Assembly: GCA_038087875.1 (NCBI GenBank)
Contig: CM075977.1
Span: 124,558,001-124,622,000 of the forward strand
DNA from: Malacoraja senta
Lineage: Eukaryota
DNA: 64,000 bases
Direction of reading: 5' to 3'
The stretch's first letter is position 1. The number at the start of each line of letters is the position of its first letter. Both the position numbers and the translations under genes were made by a program. Shown piece after piece: positions 1 through 13,417 of this stretch. The notes below the pieces were generated by a model. The model saw nothing but the letters and a program-made list of their open reading frames with translations, searched no databases and was not told where the DNA came from.

Positions 1-79
1 GGGGTAATGATCGCCAAGACTCAGAGCAGCATAATTTGGAGTCCTTTTTAATAGTGTGTTGAAACTTAGTAGCACTACT

Positions 80-650
80 AATATAATGTACATTACTACC
101 AATTTACAAGTTTGCTGATGACAGCACCGTAGTGGGCTGGGTCTTAAATAATGACAAGATGCAGTACAGGAAGGAGATGGAGGGTTTAGATGCTAACATG
201 GTGTCAAGACACACTCTCAATATCAGCAAGACAAAGCTAGTTTATTGACTTCAGAAAGTGAGATGGAGTACATGGCCCAATTAGCATCACCGATGTCGAA
301 GTAGAAATGATAAAGAACTTCAAGTTCCTTGGTGTGCATATCACCATTAATTTGTCCTGAATCAACCACGTTAAGGCTACGGCATAAAAATGCTCACCAA
401 TGTCTTCACTGTCTCAGGAAACTGGGGAAGCTCAGCATATCTCCATGCCGTACCAAATTATATACCATGGAAAGCGTACTATTGGATTGCATTGCAGCAT
501 GCTCTTGGAACAGCTCTTCCCAAGAATGCAAGAAACTGCAGAGAGTTGTGGATGTAGCCCAGTCCATCGCAGAGACCAGACTCCCCATCATCAACTCCGT
601 GTACACATTGCGCTACCTCAGGAAAGCCGTCAGTACAATCAAGATGTGTG
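80..650 (+). mobile_element. Old Rex1/Babar LINE RT 3' fragment
   Basis: aagtttgctgatgacagc (KFADDS); AHQCLHCLRKL; ESVLLDCIAA. Confidence 0.75.
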
Positions 651-794
651 TACATCTGTGTACAGGAGTTGAAGAGGGATAGTGTTCAGAGCTTCTCAGC
701 ACCAGGAGAATTTTTCAAAATATGCGTTTAGTGGACAGTCGAGACGGCAAAATCTTTTTCAAGAAATCATGTAAATTGTGTCAAAAATAAACAC

Positions 795-920
795 AACACG
801 CTGGAGTAACTCAGCGGGTCAGGCAGCATCTCGGAAGAAAAAGGATTGGTGATGTTTTGGATCTGGACCATTTAGAGGGATATAATGAAAGAACCTGACC
901 CAAAATGTCACCTATCCTAC
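795..920. mobile_element. Degenerate inverted pair of Penelope tails
   Basis: ctggagtaactcagcgggtcaggcagcatc followed by gacccaaaatgtcacctatcc. Confidence 0.55.
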
Positions 921-1751
921 ACCATCTGCACAGGAGAAACTAAACTACTTTTTTTCCCCCAAATAGTTTGACACCCCTGCTTTAAACTAATGCCCTCTAG
1001 TGCTTGAATCAAATATCCCTGGAAAAAGACTCTGCATTCACCTTATATATTCTCCTCATGGTTTTTACTCACCTCTAAAACACTGCAGATTTTGGTTCCA
1101 TGAATGTCAAATGTACTGCAGTTTGCCATTTTAAATAGTGTGCTTAAGAGTCTAAGACAAATTGCTCGTTCTTTATGGAAAACCCGCCGACAGAAAACTT
1201 CTCATTGGTGAGTGTGGAGATCTGGAAGCCTTGGGCGAATTGAATTGTACGTGACTTTATTTATTTATTTAAAAAAATTGAGCATGAGAAATTTGTGATC
1301 AGCGTGAGAGCGTGAGAATTTCATGAAATGTGTGTCTCACACTCAATGCGTGAGAGTTGGCAGCCCTGCCTTATTCTTGAAAGAAAATAAACCTTTTCTC
1401 GGGTTCTTCAATTCACAGCCCGTTTCATGATCTCAACACATTGCATAGAATTTTGAGAAATGTCATTCAATCAGGATTTAAGTGCCTGTCTTCCCGAAGG
1501 TATGGGCTCATCCTTTTCATAAACCAAAGAATGTCTTGATTGTTTTTAATCATGAAAAAACTTGATTTCATGTACCATTCAGATAGATGTCTTTCATTAA
1601 AGATGACAAGCTGAGAGGTGTTGGAAATCAGGGTGCAAACATCTGAAAATCACAATGGGTGAAATCTGCAGTTTCTTAATTGCAAAGGTATCACATTTTC
1701 GATGTGGAAAGAGATCATTTAGCCCCTTCAACCTGTCCTCCATTCAATGAT

Positions 1752-1890
1752 CTTCTTCTTGCGTATGGCGTGCACAGCCTAAAGTTGTAGGACAACTTGT
1801 TCTATTTGATCTTATTTGATTGTGCACACCGGGTTGATTGCATTCGTTGAAACAGGGTGGACCACGTGAAGGTTGCAATCTCCCACCCCC
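1752..1890 (-). mobile_element. Short retroposon with (AAG)n tail and TSD
   Basis: cttcttctt tail; flanking direct repeats attcaatgat / attaaatgat. Confidence 0.65.
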
Positions 1891-2314
1891 ATTAAATGAT
1901 GATACAGCGCCACTCTCTTCCAGTCATCTGGTGTACTGGGACAGACCATCACATCATATCCATTCACCCATTGAGATCTCTTCTTGTGCTTCCTCCTCAC
2001 CCTTGCTCTTCCCCTTCTGCCATTCTTAAAAGGCTGCTGAAGCAAAAGGGCTACTGCAAACAGCAGTAGTTGTATTTTTACTAACATCCTCCAAACTAGT
2101 TCTTTCCATGCTTGCATGGTTCAGAATGATTTGCCAGAGACCATCCTCGAGTAAAATGTACATGGTCGAAGCCAGTCTTCAACATAGTCGAAGGAGGTCA
2201 AAGGGGGTCTTCTTCATAGTCGAGGAGGGAGGTCTTCAACATAGTCACATAATCGTGGAAGGTCATTTTTAAGTCGCTTAAGGTCGCCAGAGGTCTCCAA
2301 AGTGGGACAGGCCC

Positions 2315-4950
2315 TTTAGTCTTACATCAGTAATGGGGAAGATGCTTGAGTCGATTGTTAAAGATGTTATAGCAGCGCATTTGGCAAGCAGTGACAGGAC
2401 CGGTCAAAGTCAGCAAGGATTTATGAAGGGGAAATCATGCTTGACTAATCTGGAATTTTTTGAGTATGTAACAAGTCGAATGGATAAAACCCCTGTCTCA
2501 TGGTGCGAGCTGACCCACGAGGTACCCCGAGCTTAAAACAAATTTAACTCGTGGTAATCACGTACGATTAACGTAGCGGGAACGTCGGAACTCGTGGACG
2601 CAACTTAGCGACTCTTGGCGCTAATGGCAGGTACCCATGACACTTGTTAACTCTTGGAAAAATTCAAACATGTTTAAACTTTTCCACGAGTAAAACGTAC
2701 TCTTGAGGTTAAAATTTGAAACATTTAAACACGTTGTAAGAACGTAGTGGCCCGTGCGTTTACCTTAGTGACTCGTGAGTCTACCGTGGGAACTCTTTAA
2801 CTCAGCGGGCAGGCAGCATCTCTGGAGACAAGGAATGGGTGATGGGATGACATTTCCAAATTGGGGGGGGGGGTGGGAGGAGAGAGGGGGGGGTGGAGGA
2901 GAGAGGGTGGAGAGTGGAGGGAGAGGAGGGGAGACAGATGGGGGTGCCTGTCACTGAAACAGGCAGGTGGGATTTAACATCCACCTTGTGTGTGTGTGTG
3001 TCTCTCTCTCTCTCACACAGGCTGAGAGACTCTGCCTCTGTGAGTGTACGTCTCTTTCTCCCCCTCCCACACACAGTAAGACTGAGGTAAGTCCATCTGT
3101 GTCTCCCACATACACAGTAAACTCTGCTTTGTGTGTGTATATATACGTCTCCCCCCATTTCTCTTTGTCCCCCCCCCCACCTCTCTCTCCCCCCACACAC
3201 AATAAGACCGATGTATTCTGCTTAGTGTCTCTTCCCTCCCACACACAGATAGACCGAGGTCCTGTGCGCTCTTTCTCTCTCCCCCACAGTCACGCCAAAG
3301 TACACCACACTGCCTCTGTGCCTCTCTCTCTCTCGCCCCCTCTCTCCTTCATAGTCAGAGGTCCACACTGTCTCTGTGTCTCTCTCCCCCCTACACACAC
3401 AGACTGAGGTACACACTGCCCGTTGCGTGTGTGTGTCTGCCTCTGTCTCTCTCTCCCACACACAGTTAAAGGTACTCCACGCTGCCTGTGTGTGTGTGTG
3501 TCTCTCTCTCTGTCCCACCCCCCACACCCACACACAGTCAGTCAGTCAGAGGAACTCCACACTGTGTGTGTGTGTGTGCGCCTCTGTCTCTCCCTATCAC
3601 AGTCAGAGTGAGGTACTCCCCCCCCGCAGTCTCTCCGCGGGCTCTCCCCGGGCAGGGCGCATCTGCCTCAGGCTGCCCAGGCAGTCAGACACGATTCCAG
3701 TGGCGGGCTCCATGCACAGCTCCTGCCAGCTGGCTGGGAGCGGCGACGGAGGACAGGGGGAAGTTGGCCACCAGCGGGGCAGTCTCAGCTCTCCATGCAG
3801 TCCGAGTCTCGCTGGATCCTCGTAATCCTCTGCCTCTGTCAAATGGGTGAGTTTAACCTGACCCTCCAACCTCCAACCTCCCTCCACCTCAACTCACGCC
3901 TGGGCACCAAAGCAGCTCAGGAGGCGAACCCTGAGCTCCGTCTCCCAACAATCTGATGTGCGCATCCGTCCACATTCAAAGATTTCATCTCCAGTCTCCC
4001 CGCAGTGTGTAGACCTGGCAGTAAATTCAATTAAAATATAGCAAACCTCCGCCTGCTGGTCTAACTACGTGATGTGTGTTTCAAACAAATCATCAGTATA
4101 ACTGCTCTGGCACTGGACGGTGCACATTTTCCCTTTGTAGGTCACATCAATAGATGCGGCCTTCTAAGCCGCAGGATGGATATGTTGCTTATTAAAACAG
4201 ACCTTCATTGAAGGTTGGCTCAAGAGTAACTCGGGAAAGGAACTTGTTAACTCGGGAGACGAACTTGGAACATTGCAGAAATGACAGTTAACGGCACACT
4301 TGAGTCATATCCGTGGGAACTCGGTTTAACTCTTGATCATACACTTGGAATCTCGTGCACAACCACGAGTCTTTCACTCGGGGTACCTCGTGGGTCAACT
4401 CGCACCGTGAGACAGGGCTTTAAGGGAGAGCCAGTGGATGTGGTGTATCTGGACTTTCAAAAAAGCCTTTGACAAGGTCACACAAGAGATTAGTGTGCAA
4501 AATTAGAGCACATGGTATTGGGGGTAGGGTATTGGCATGGATAGAGAACTGGTTGGCAGACAGGAAGCAAAGAGCAGGAATTAATGGGTCCTTTTCAGAA
4601 TGGCAAGCAGTGACTAGTGGGGTGCACAAGGCTCGGTGCTGGGACCCCGGTTATTTACAATATATATTAATGATTTACACGAGGGAATTAAACGTGACAT
4701 CTCCAAGTTTGCAGATTACACAAAGCTGGGTGGCAGTGTGAGCTGCGATGAGGATGATGGGTGACTTGGATCAGTTAGGTGAGTGGGCAGATGCATGGCA
4801 GATGCAGTATAATGTGGATAAATGTGAGGTTATTCACTTTGGTGGCAAGAACAGGAAGGCAGATTATTATCTGAATGGTGTCAGATCAGGAAAAGTGGAG
4901 GTGCAACGAGACCTGGCTTGTGCATCAGTTAATGAAAATAGGCATGCAGG
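2315..4950 (+). mobile_element. CR1 RT fragment interrupted by the Harbinger-type element (2488-4420); continues at 8099-8710 after a Rex insertion
   Basis: QGFMKGKSCLTNL...MDK / GEPVDVVYLDFQK continuity across the insertion. Confidence 0.85.
2488..4420. mobile_element. Non-autonomous PIF/Harbinger-type DNA transposon
   Basis: ~45-bp TIRs (aacccctgtctcatggtgcgagctgacccacgaggtacccc / ggggtacctcgtgggtcaactcgcaccgtgagacagggctt); TAA target duplication at 2485-2487 and 4421-4423. Confidence 0.85.
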
Positions 4951-6270
4951 CATCCCTAGGCGTGTCCTCAGGGCCTGAGCTGCACAGATGACAGATGTCT
5001 GGACTGACATCTTCAACCTGTCACTTGCCCATACAGCTGTCCCCGACGTGCCTCAAAACAACCTCCATCGTGCCGGTGCCAAAACACTCCACTGCAGCGA
5101 TTCAACGACTTCCGCCCAGTTGCACTTACCCCCATCATCACTAAGTGCTTCGAGAGGCTGGTCCTGGCCCAGCTCAAAAGCTGCTTACCTCCCACACTGG
5201 ACCCCCACCAGTTCACCTACCGCCAGAACAGGAGTACGGAGGATACCATCTCCACGGCACTTCACTCCGCCCTCTCCCACCTTGACAACAGAGATACCTA
5301 CATGAGAATGCTGTTCATCGACTTCAGCTCAGCATTCAACACCATCATCCCCTCCAAAATGATCACCAAACTCAACGACCTGGGCATCAACCCCTCCCTC
5401 TGCAACTGGATATTGGACTTTCTAACCAACAGACCCCAGTCTGTTAGGTTAGACAACCACACCTCAACCCTCACCCTGAACATTGGTGTTCCACAGGGCT
5501 GTGTGCTGAGCCCTCTCCTCTACTCCCTCTTCACCTACAACTGCACACCTGTATATGGTTCCAACGCCATTATCAAGTTTGCAGCTGACACAACGGTGAT
5601 TGGCCTCATCAGCGACAACGATGAGTAAGCCTACAGGGAGGAGGTCCAGCTCATAGCAGCGTGGTGCGCCGACAACAACCTGGCCCTTAACACCAAGAAG
5701 ACCAAGGAGCTCATTGTGGACTACAGAAAGACTAAAGATGGCACACACAACCCCATCCATATCAACGGGACGGAGGTGGAGCGTGTTGCCAGCTTCAAGT
5801 TTCTGGGTGTCAACATCTCTGAAGACCTTTCTTGGACCCACAATACCTCAACTCGGATCAAGAAGGCTCACCAGCATCTCTTCTTCCTGAGACTAAAAGA
5901 AGGTCCATCTGTCTCCTCAGATTCTGGTGAACTTCTACCGCTGCACCAATGAGAGCATCCTTACCAACTGCATCACAGTATGGTATGGCAACTGCTCTGT
6001 CTCTGACCGGAAAGCACTGCAGAGGGTGGTGAAAACTACCCGACTCATCACCGGTTCCTCACTCCCCTCCATTGAGGTTGTCCAGAGCAAGCGATGTCTG
6101 CGAGGGGCACGCAGCATTGTCAAGGACTGCTCTCACCCCAACCACACACTGTTTACCCTCCCCCCATCTGGGATGCGCTACAGATCTCTCCGTTCCCGGA
6201 CCAGCAGGTTCAGGAACAGCTTCTTCCCTGCGGCTGTCACCCTACTTAACTCTGCACCTTGGCGATTGCC
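4951..6270 (+). mobile_element. Rex1/Babar-clade LINE RT (degenerate); 3' end resumes at ~7770-8098
   Basis: [37 protein letters not shown]; aataaa plus (aatct)n tail at 8076-8098. Confidence 0.85.
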
Positions 6271-6379
6271 AGCCACCACCCCCCCCCCCCCGGACACTCC
6301 TTCCCCCAGTGACTGATCTCCCCCCCCCTGAACATTGCACTACTGTTACTATGTATGTATGTGTGTGTGTGTATATATA

Positions 6380-7768
6380 TCTATATTACTAAAAGTTTGA
6401 TCTTGACCGCTTTTGGCTCGCCGAGAAAAAAACGCCGCCACCTACGGCTGTCATTTTTGGCCACCTCGCTCGGAGCCCCTCTCCGCGTTCCGGGACCAGA
6501 GGATTCTTCCCATCGATGAAACATCAAAGAGATATTAATGTTTATTAAAAAATTGCCATTCTCTCTGCTGCCCCTGCTGGAGGGAGGGGGAGAGACTATA
6601 AAACCAGGAAGTGGTGTGCCTCACTCCGTCTCTGCAAGATGGAGGAAGTGAGAGGTTCATGTCTCTCTGAGCTCTGAATAACACTGAACACATGTCTACT
6701 CAGCAGTGAGTGCCCTTAATGTGGTTTGAAAATGAAAATATGGTTGGTTTGAAGTGAAAAGGCACTGCCTGCAAATGGTTGTTTGGGGGGGTTGGGTTGA
6801 AGTGAAAAGGCACTGCCTGCAAATGGTTGTTTGTCTAAACTTGACAATTTCCTGTTTGCACTATATTGATTTTAGATAAAACGCTACCACTTACGGCTGT
6901 GATTTTTGGCCATCTTACTCAGTTTCCCTCTGCTCATCAGGTGCAGAGGATTCTTCCCATCAAAGAAAAACAAGTGTTATTAGTGTTTAAAAAATGTTTA
7001 GAATCTCTCTCCTGTCAATCACGTCATGAAGGCCACACCTTTTCCGGTGGGAGGGGGAGGAATTATAAAACCCGGAGGTGTGGGTGTGGCTCAGTCTCTG
7101 CATGATGGGGGAGGGAGAGGTCACGACTCTGTCTGAGCTGTGAATCAACTGAACACACTGAATGTCTACTGAACTGTGAGTGTGGTGTTTTGTGTGGTTT
7201 TATGGTGGTTTCACCCTGCTTGAAATAGTATGAAACTGCATTTGAATGTGGTGGCCTTGCACGAAATGGTATGAAACTGCATTTGAATGTGGTGTCGTTG
7301 CACCCTGCATGAAATGGTATGAAACTGCATTTGAATTTGGTGGCCTTGCACCCTCCTTGAAATGGTATGAAACTGCACTTGAATTTGGTGGCCTTGCACC
7401 CTGCTTGAAGTGGTATGAAACTGCACAAATTCTGTGGCCTTGCACCCTGCTCGAAGAGATAAGAAACTGCACTTGAATTTGGTGGCCTTGCACCCTGCTT
7501 GAATTGGTAGGAAAATGGATTTGAATTTGGTGGCCTTGCACTCTGTTTGAAATGGAATTTCAAGGAATAGCCGTCAGTCAACTGCCAGCCCACCAGCCGT
7601 GAGTGAGCTGCCAGCACATCAGGCTTGGGGGACTGAGCTGCCACCCCAAGAATCCATTTGGCCCACAATCCATACTAGCCCTCTGGAGAACAGTAGTCCC
7701 TGCAGCCAACAACACCCACACCAGTGCTCCAGAAAGCTCCCCCCCCCCCGGCCACCAATATTGGAATA
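6380..7768 (+). mobile_element. Probable non-autonomous Helitron, 3'-truncated
   Basis: Begins A|TCTATATTACTAAAAG (Helitron-type 5' TC). Internal ~300-bp duplication (6430-6730 versus 6880-7190) and minisatellite. No TSD; no 3' hairpin/CTAG seen. Confidence 0.55.
7212..7556. repeat. ~48-bp minisatellite, about 7 copies
   Basis: Unit caccctgcttgaaatggtatgaaactgcatttgaatttggtggccttg. Confidence 0.9.
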
Positions 7769-8098
7769 TATTCTACCTCTGTTTATACTGTATATATCCA
7801 TCCACAACGTACTTAATGCTTACTGCACTAATACTTCTGTCTACGCTGCGCATATCCCACCCAGTGTAACCATACTACAATGTCCCACTGTACATATATT
7901 TCCCCACCTATAGTGTACCCTTATCCATAGACTACTGTATATATCCTACTCTTACTGCCTATGCTGCTCTACTGCACTTTCTTAGATATTATTCCACCAC
8001 ATGCACTGTTTTTGCACTTCTGGTTAGATGCTAACTGCATTTCGTTGTCTCTGTACTTGTACTCAGCACAATGACAATAAAGTTGAATCTAATCTAAT

Positions 8099-8710
8099 CA
8101 GGCAGTGAAGAAAGCTAATGGCATGTTGGCCTTCATTGCGAGAGGATTTGAGTTTAGGAGCAAGGCGGTCCCTACTGCAGTTCTACAGGGCCCTGGTGAG
8201 ACCGCACCTGGAGTATTGTGTGCAATTTTGGTCTCCTAATTTGAGGAAGGTCTGACCTATGATGAAAGAATGGGTCGACTGGGCTTATAGTCACTGGAAT
8301 TTAGAAGGATGAGAGGGGATTTTATAGTAGAAATATATAACATTCTTAAAGGATCGGACAGGCTAGATGCAGGAAAAATGGTCCCGATGTTGGGGGAGTC
8401 CAGAACCAGGGCTCACAGTTTAAGAATAAGGGGTAGGCCATTTAGGACCGAGATGAGGAAAAACTTCTTCACCCAGAGAGTTGTGAATCTGTGGAATTCT
8501 CTGCCACAGAAGGCAGTGGAGCCCAATTCACTGGATGTTTTCAAGAGAGAGTTAGATTTAGCTCAGGGCTAAAAGAATCAAGGGATATGGGGAAAAAGCA
8601 GGAATGGGATACTGATTTTGGATGATCAGCCATGATCATATTGAATGGCGGTGCTGGCTCGAAGGGCTGAATGGCCTACACCTGCACCTATTTTTCCTGT
8701 TTCTATGTTT
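8099..8710 (+). mobile_element. CR1 3' portion
   Basis: KNFFTQRVVNLWNSLPQ and CR1 3'UTR. Confidence 0.88.
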
Positions 8711-8779
8711 TTAATATACCAGTCTAGCTTCACCAAAATCCCAAGTGTATTGGATTGAGTTCAAGTTCATAAAGTTGTT

Positions 8780-9630
8780 TAGCATAGAAACGGGCTCTTC
8801 AACCTACCACATCTATGCTGATCATCATGCCTAACTATATTAATTCCACTTGCCTGGATTAATTCCATATCCATACGCCTTCCTCATTCAGGTACCCGTC
8901 TAGAAGCTTGTTAAATGTTGTTACTGTTCCGGCCTCTCCCACATCCTCTGCAAGTGTATTGCAGACACCAACTAATCTTTGAAAAATGTACCTCTGATCA
9001 CCTGTAAATCTCCTCCTTCTCATCTTAAACCTACAGCTTCTAGTTTGACATGCTTTAACACAGGAAATATATTTATTTACTCCATTTATTCCTCCCACAA
9101 TTTTATAAATTGCTAAGATCAAGCCTCAGCCTCCTTCATTCCATAAAAATGTCCCAGCTTCCCCTTATAGCTAAAGCCCTCCAATCCATTCTTGTGAATC
9201 TCTATTACATCATCTCTAGCTTAATCTCATTTGCTTCCATGTAATGAACAGAACCACATAGAATACTCCATCTGTGGCCTAATCGACAAATTAAACAACA
9301 GTACCATACTGTCCCAACTACCTACACTCAATTTCTCAACTAATTAAGGCAAACATTCCATATGCCTTCTTGAACCTTCTGCTGCCTGTGTCACCACTTT
9401 TGAGGAACTATGTATTTGTACCCCGAAGTCTCTCTGTTGAACAACAGTTCCTTAGGTCCTATCATTCACCATTTATGTCCTTTCCCAGTTTAACCTCCCA
9501 GAGTGCATCACTTTACACTTGTCCGAGTTAAGTTCCATCTGCCATTCCTTTGCCGACTTTCCTGTTGTAATCTTCTTCACTGTCCGTTACGTAACCGATT
9601 TTGGTGTCACCTGCATTGTCATCCAAATCA
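8780..9630 (-). mobile_element. Old CR1 fragment
   Basis: Degenerate CR1 RT C-terminus (FQRLVGVCNTLAEDVGEAGT). Confidence 0.7.
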
Positions 9631-10199
9631 ATAATAAGCAGTTATGACAGTTTTGTACTGCTATACAAGCACAAATGATCAAAAGACATCATTTGCGAGA
9701 GAAAACCTGCTCTCCTTACCCAATTCAGAACTCAAACACTGAGCTACATGAAGGTGGTTTGACTCTGAACTGTTATCTTTGGTGTTTAATTCAAAGCAAC
9801 GCAAAAATAAATTTTGTTCTTTCCTTTCAACACCCAAATCCCAACAATATATGAGAAAAACACATTGAAAGCGTTATCCTATCAATCAAAAACTCAGTTT
9901 TGAATGACACTTATTTTAATATAAAGCATTTTCATTGGACTGTAACTCTTCTGACATAAAGAAATGACACATATTGCCCAAAATATCTACACAATTTCCA
10001 CTATCATACAAATCCTCCTGGCACTAGCTGCGTTTTTAGTAAACACAGTAACAGTAATATAATTAGGTTTATGTTAAGGACTGATAAACCTTTTCAAAGC
10101 ATTTTAACCTATTTATAACAGAAAACATTCTCAAAAACCTAAAACGAACACCAACAATTTGTTTGTGATTTTTAAATACTTGATTTTCCATAAGAAAGC

Positions 10200-11175
10200 T
10201 TTATAACTACTTTATTGTTATTTTGGAGATAATTAAATTCTAACATTGTACAGTTACTTTGGAAAAAACAATGAAATGTTAATAAATTAATTATTTTATT
10301 TCTAAGTTATCAAGAGAACTTCCCTGCATGCAACTCTGATCAGAAATGTAACTATAATTATACTATGCTATATTCAAGCTGGGTATCAAACGTTATTATT
10401 GTAGTGGTCTTGCATGCAACATGTGGAAGGGAATTATTTCAAAAGACTCAATATAAAATTCTATCAAATATTGAATGTTGCTAATGACCAAGTCCAAAAA
10501 TGCATTATGTTCTAATTATAAATGATGTGATTATTTCTTTCCTGAATTTCAAATTTGCAATAACATTCAATTTGAAGAGTATGGCAGTGCTTACAGTTAT
10601 AATGATGCACTTTATTGGAGGAAACAAAACTCAATGCTGTTGTGATATCAGATGACATCATCATTTATAATCACTGTGCTGGTCACATTGTAAGAAAATA
10701 AACAACTTTATCCCATGGAACTAAGACAACTTCCTTACGCTCCATCGCCCTATGTAAAGTCAGTGCGTTAAACAAGACAAAAAACGTTAGAATTAAATTA
10801 AAAACTAAACCTTGATACATTTGTGCCCAAAAGCTCTCTGCAAATGATTATTAGCATCACAATTCATGATTTTTTTCAAAATAAAATGCTTATTTAGAAT
10901 TTCATTTAAACAAAGAAACAAAGCAATTACATCATAAATCTACCCCAGCAAAATATTTACAAAAGGTCTACTTTTCTGTCACAAAAGTACAACCATTAAT
11001 TGAAGTTTTTACATATAATTATAATGCAGAATTAAACACCTCACCAGTAGTATGACAGTTTTGTCAGCCTTTAACAAAATAAGCCTACAAACAAAATCAC
11101 AAAGATATGTTTCATACTTTCTGCTCCTATTAAAATAGTGCAGTTTCTTTTACATTCACTGGGAAGAATCTGGCT
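10200..11175 (-). other. PJA2: Probable PJA2 3' UTR with candidate polyadenylation signals
   Basis: AT-rich, repeat-free sequence after the stop codon. AATAAA on the minus strand at 10611-10616, 10295-10300 and 10211-10216. True end unknown. Confidence 0.5.
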
Positions 11176-11304
11176 TCATCGGATTGTTGGACTATCACGC
11201 GAAGGAGGGGTTCCTGGTTCTGACAAAAATGTAGTAGCAGCGGCAGTAGCAGATTCCGGAAGTGTTGATGTGAGATTGTGACGACAAACAGGGCATGTCC
11301 CAGA
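11176..11304 (-). CDS. PJA2: PJA2 last coding exon (end of RING-H2 and stop)
   Basis: Acceptor tttcag; SGTCPVCRHNLTSTLPESATAAATTFLSEPGTPPSRDSPTIR*; TGA at 11178-11176. Confidence 0.93.
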   Translation of the reverse strand, partial: SGTCPVCRHNLTSTLPESATAAATTFLSEPGTPPSRDSPTIR

Positions 11305-12734
11305 CTGAAAAAAAGTAATGACAGTAAAGCTAATGCAATTCCATATACTCTACTCCTCTATCCACTCAGTTTCTTGTAAGGATTATTGATTAAGGAACAT
11401 TTAAGTTAGTAGTAAAAAAAGACAAGTCTTTCGAAATGTAAAATTCTGTCATTTGAAGAGCAGTGGGGTTAAGAATTCAGAACTTTCTGCAGCAGATATT
11501 AATATGCATGTACTGTAAACTGAAACAATCTAGCAAACTGAATGGAGAAAAACACTTTACCAATGATGATTTGTTTGCTGGCCTTGTATCTGGCAAGTAA
11601 GCAAATTTCATTTTTGGGCTTTGAACACAAATCCACAGATTTTCAAAACTAAGATATTTTCCATCAATGAGATGATTAAAAATGTTTGTGGATTATCCAA
11701 AAGTGTTGGGATGTATACGATTGTGGGCAAATGTAGAAAAATAGGTCTGTTTTCTTGAAAGGTGAAAGAGAAATCAAACGTTGCAATTCCAGACAACTTA
11801 TGAACTAGAATTATAATGAACCAGAATGAACTATATTATAAATATTCAACATGATATCTGCACCAAAAATGATTTTAAAAAAATACATTCCTTTAATAAT
11901 TATTTTGAAGATTTTAAAATCATTATTCATAAAACACAGTCTGTCCCATGATTATACCGGAAGGTTCCTTCTCAAATAAACTTTCAGTCAATTCTCCCTT
12001 GTTAGGGACATGTACCCCTTCTTCCATGCATGTTTGAACTTATGTCAGTCTTACTATACCACTAATTACCCTATTTTCTTGCGAAAATAAAACTACAGTT
12101 AGCTTTTTGGTACATCAACAGAAAATGCTGGAACATCAACAGGTTAGACAGTACCAATTTCAGGTCTTCAGCATTCTTAACATTTGTTAATGTTCAATTC
12201 ATCCCCCTCCAAAGATACCCTCCAGTGAGGCACAATCATGCACAAATGAAAAGATTTTTTTTAAAGCATGTTAATGAAATGTTGCAGTTGTATAAAACAT
12301 TGGTTGGGCAAAATTTGGAATAAGGTGCACATTTCTGGTTGTGGTATTAGAGAACAGACATGGATGCTTTGGAGAGGATGCAAGAGGTTCATCTGGACGT
12401 TGACTGGATTAGAGAGCAGATTTAAGGTGAGAGTGGGAAAGTCTAAAGAAGATTTGCAAGACACGTTTTTGTTCACACTGAGAGTAGTAGGTGCCTCCAG
12501 CGGCCTGCCAGGGGATGCTGTGAAGGCAGTTATGACAGCAACCTATGAGATATTTAGACAGGTACATGAACAGGCAGGGGCTGGAATAATATGGACCATG
12601 TGCTGGCAGATGAGATCAGTTTAAATGTGCATTATGGTTGACACAAACATTGCCCATTGTGCCAAGAACCCGTTCCAGTGTTTATTCGCTCTATGTTCTA
12701 TATTAAAGCTTTCTGAAAGGTTGGAGAAACATAC

Positions 12735-12850
12735 CTTCTGTAACCAGAGTGTCACACATGGTCTATGAAACAGATGGTGACACGGTAATTCTGTTACCAA
12801 ATCTTCTTTCACATATTCACTGCAACAGATAGCACAGGTTTGCTCCAGGC
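12735..12850 (-). CDS. PJA2: PJA2 RING-H2 exon (116 nt)
   Basis: [38 protein letters not shown]. Acceptor ctctag, donor AAG|GTATGT. Confidence 0.95.
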
Positions 12851-13417
12851 CTAGAGGTCAAAAGTAAAACATCCATACATGAGAACACAGATCCAAGACA
12901 GCAGAACTGAAGAAAGGCTCTACATGAAGTAACTAACATAGGACAAATGTGTTAGCAAGAATATTCTGAAATTCATTTTCAGAAGATACAAATACAGGCG
13001 ATTTATGCATACAACTGCAATTTGGCATTTATAACTCAATTATAAAATCCCACCCATTTTAGCAAGTAATAAATTATCATACATTTTCAGTAAAAATCAA
13101 CCGAATCAGGATCTGTAGGTCCTTGTGACCGTTTATTGCTTTTGGATTTGCTACTAGTTATCTGTAAATAATATTAGATTCATCCAATGGCAATTCAACA
13201 GCATTTCCATTCCCTGCAGCCTCCACCAATGTACAAGAATAGGCATACTGCAGTATCTCAAGTATAATGCAAAGCACACGTTTTTCAGATACTGCCGTTG
13301 CAACCAAAACACACAAAAGTAGTCAAAGCATTAAAGTTTAGTTTTGTTTATTGTCACGCGTACCGAGGTACAGTGAAAAGTTTTTGTTGAGTGTTAACCA
13401 GTCAGCAGAAAGATAAT

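Noticed and set aside
2775-3887. Many overlapping ORFs
   Set aside because: Low-complexity CT/CA repeats lacking stop codons.
7200-7560. Regular repeats resembling a CRISPR array or repetitive protein
   Set aside because: Tandem minisatellite with no unique spacers, in a vertebrate context.
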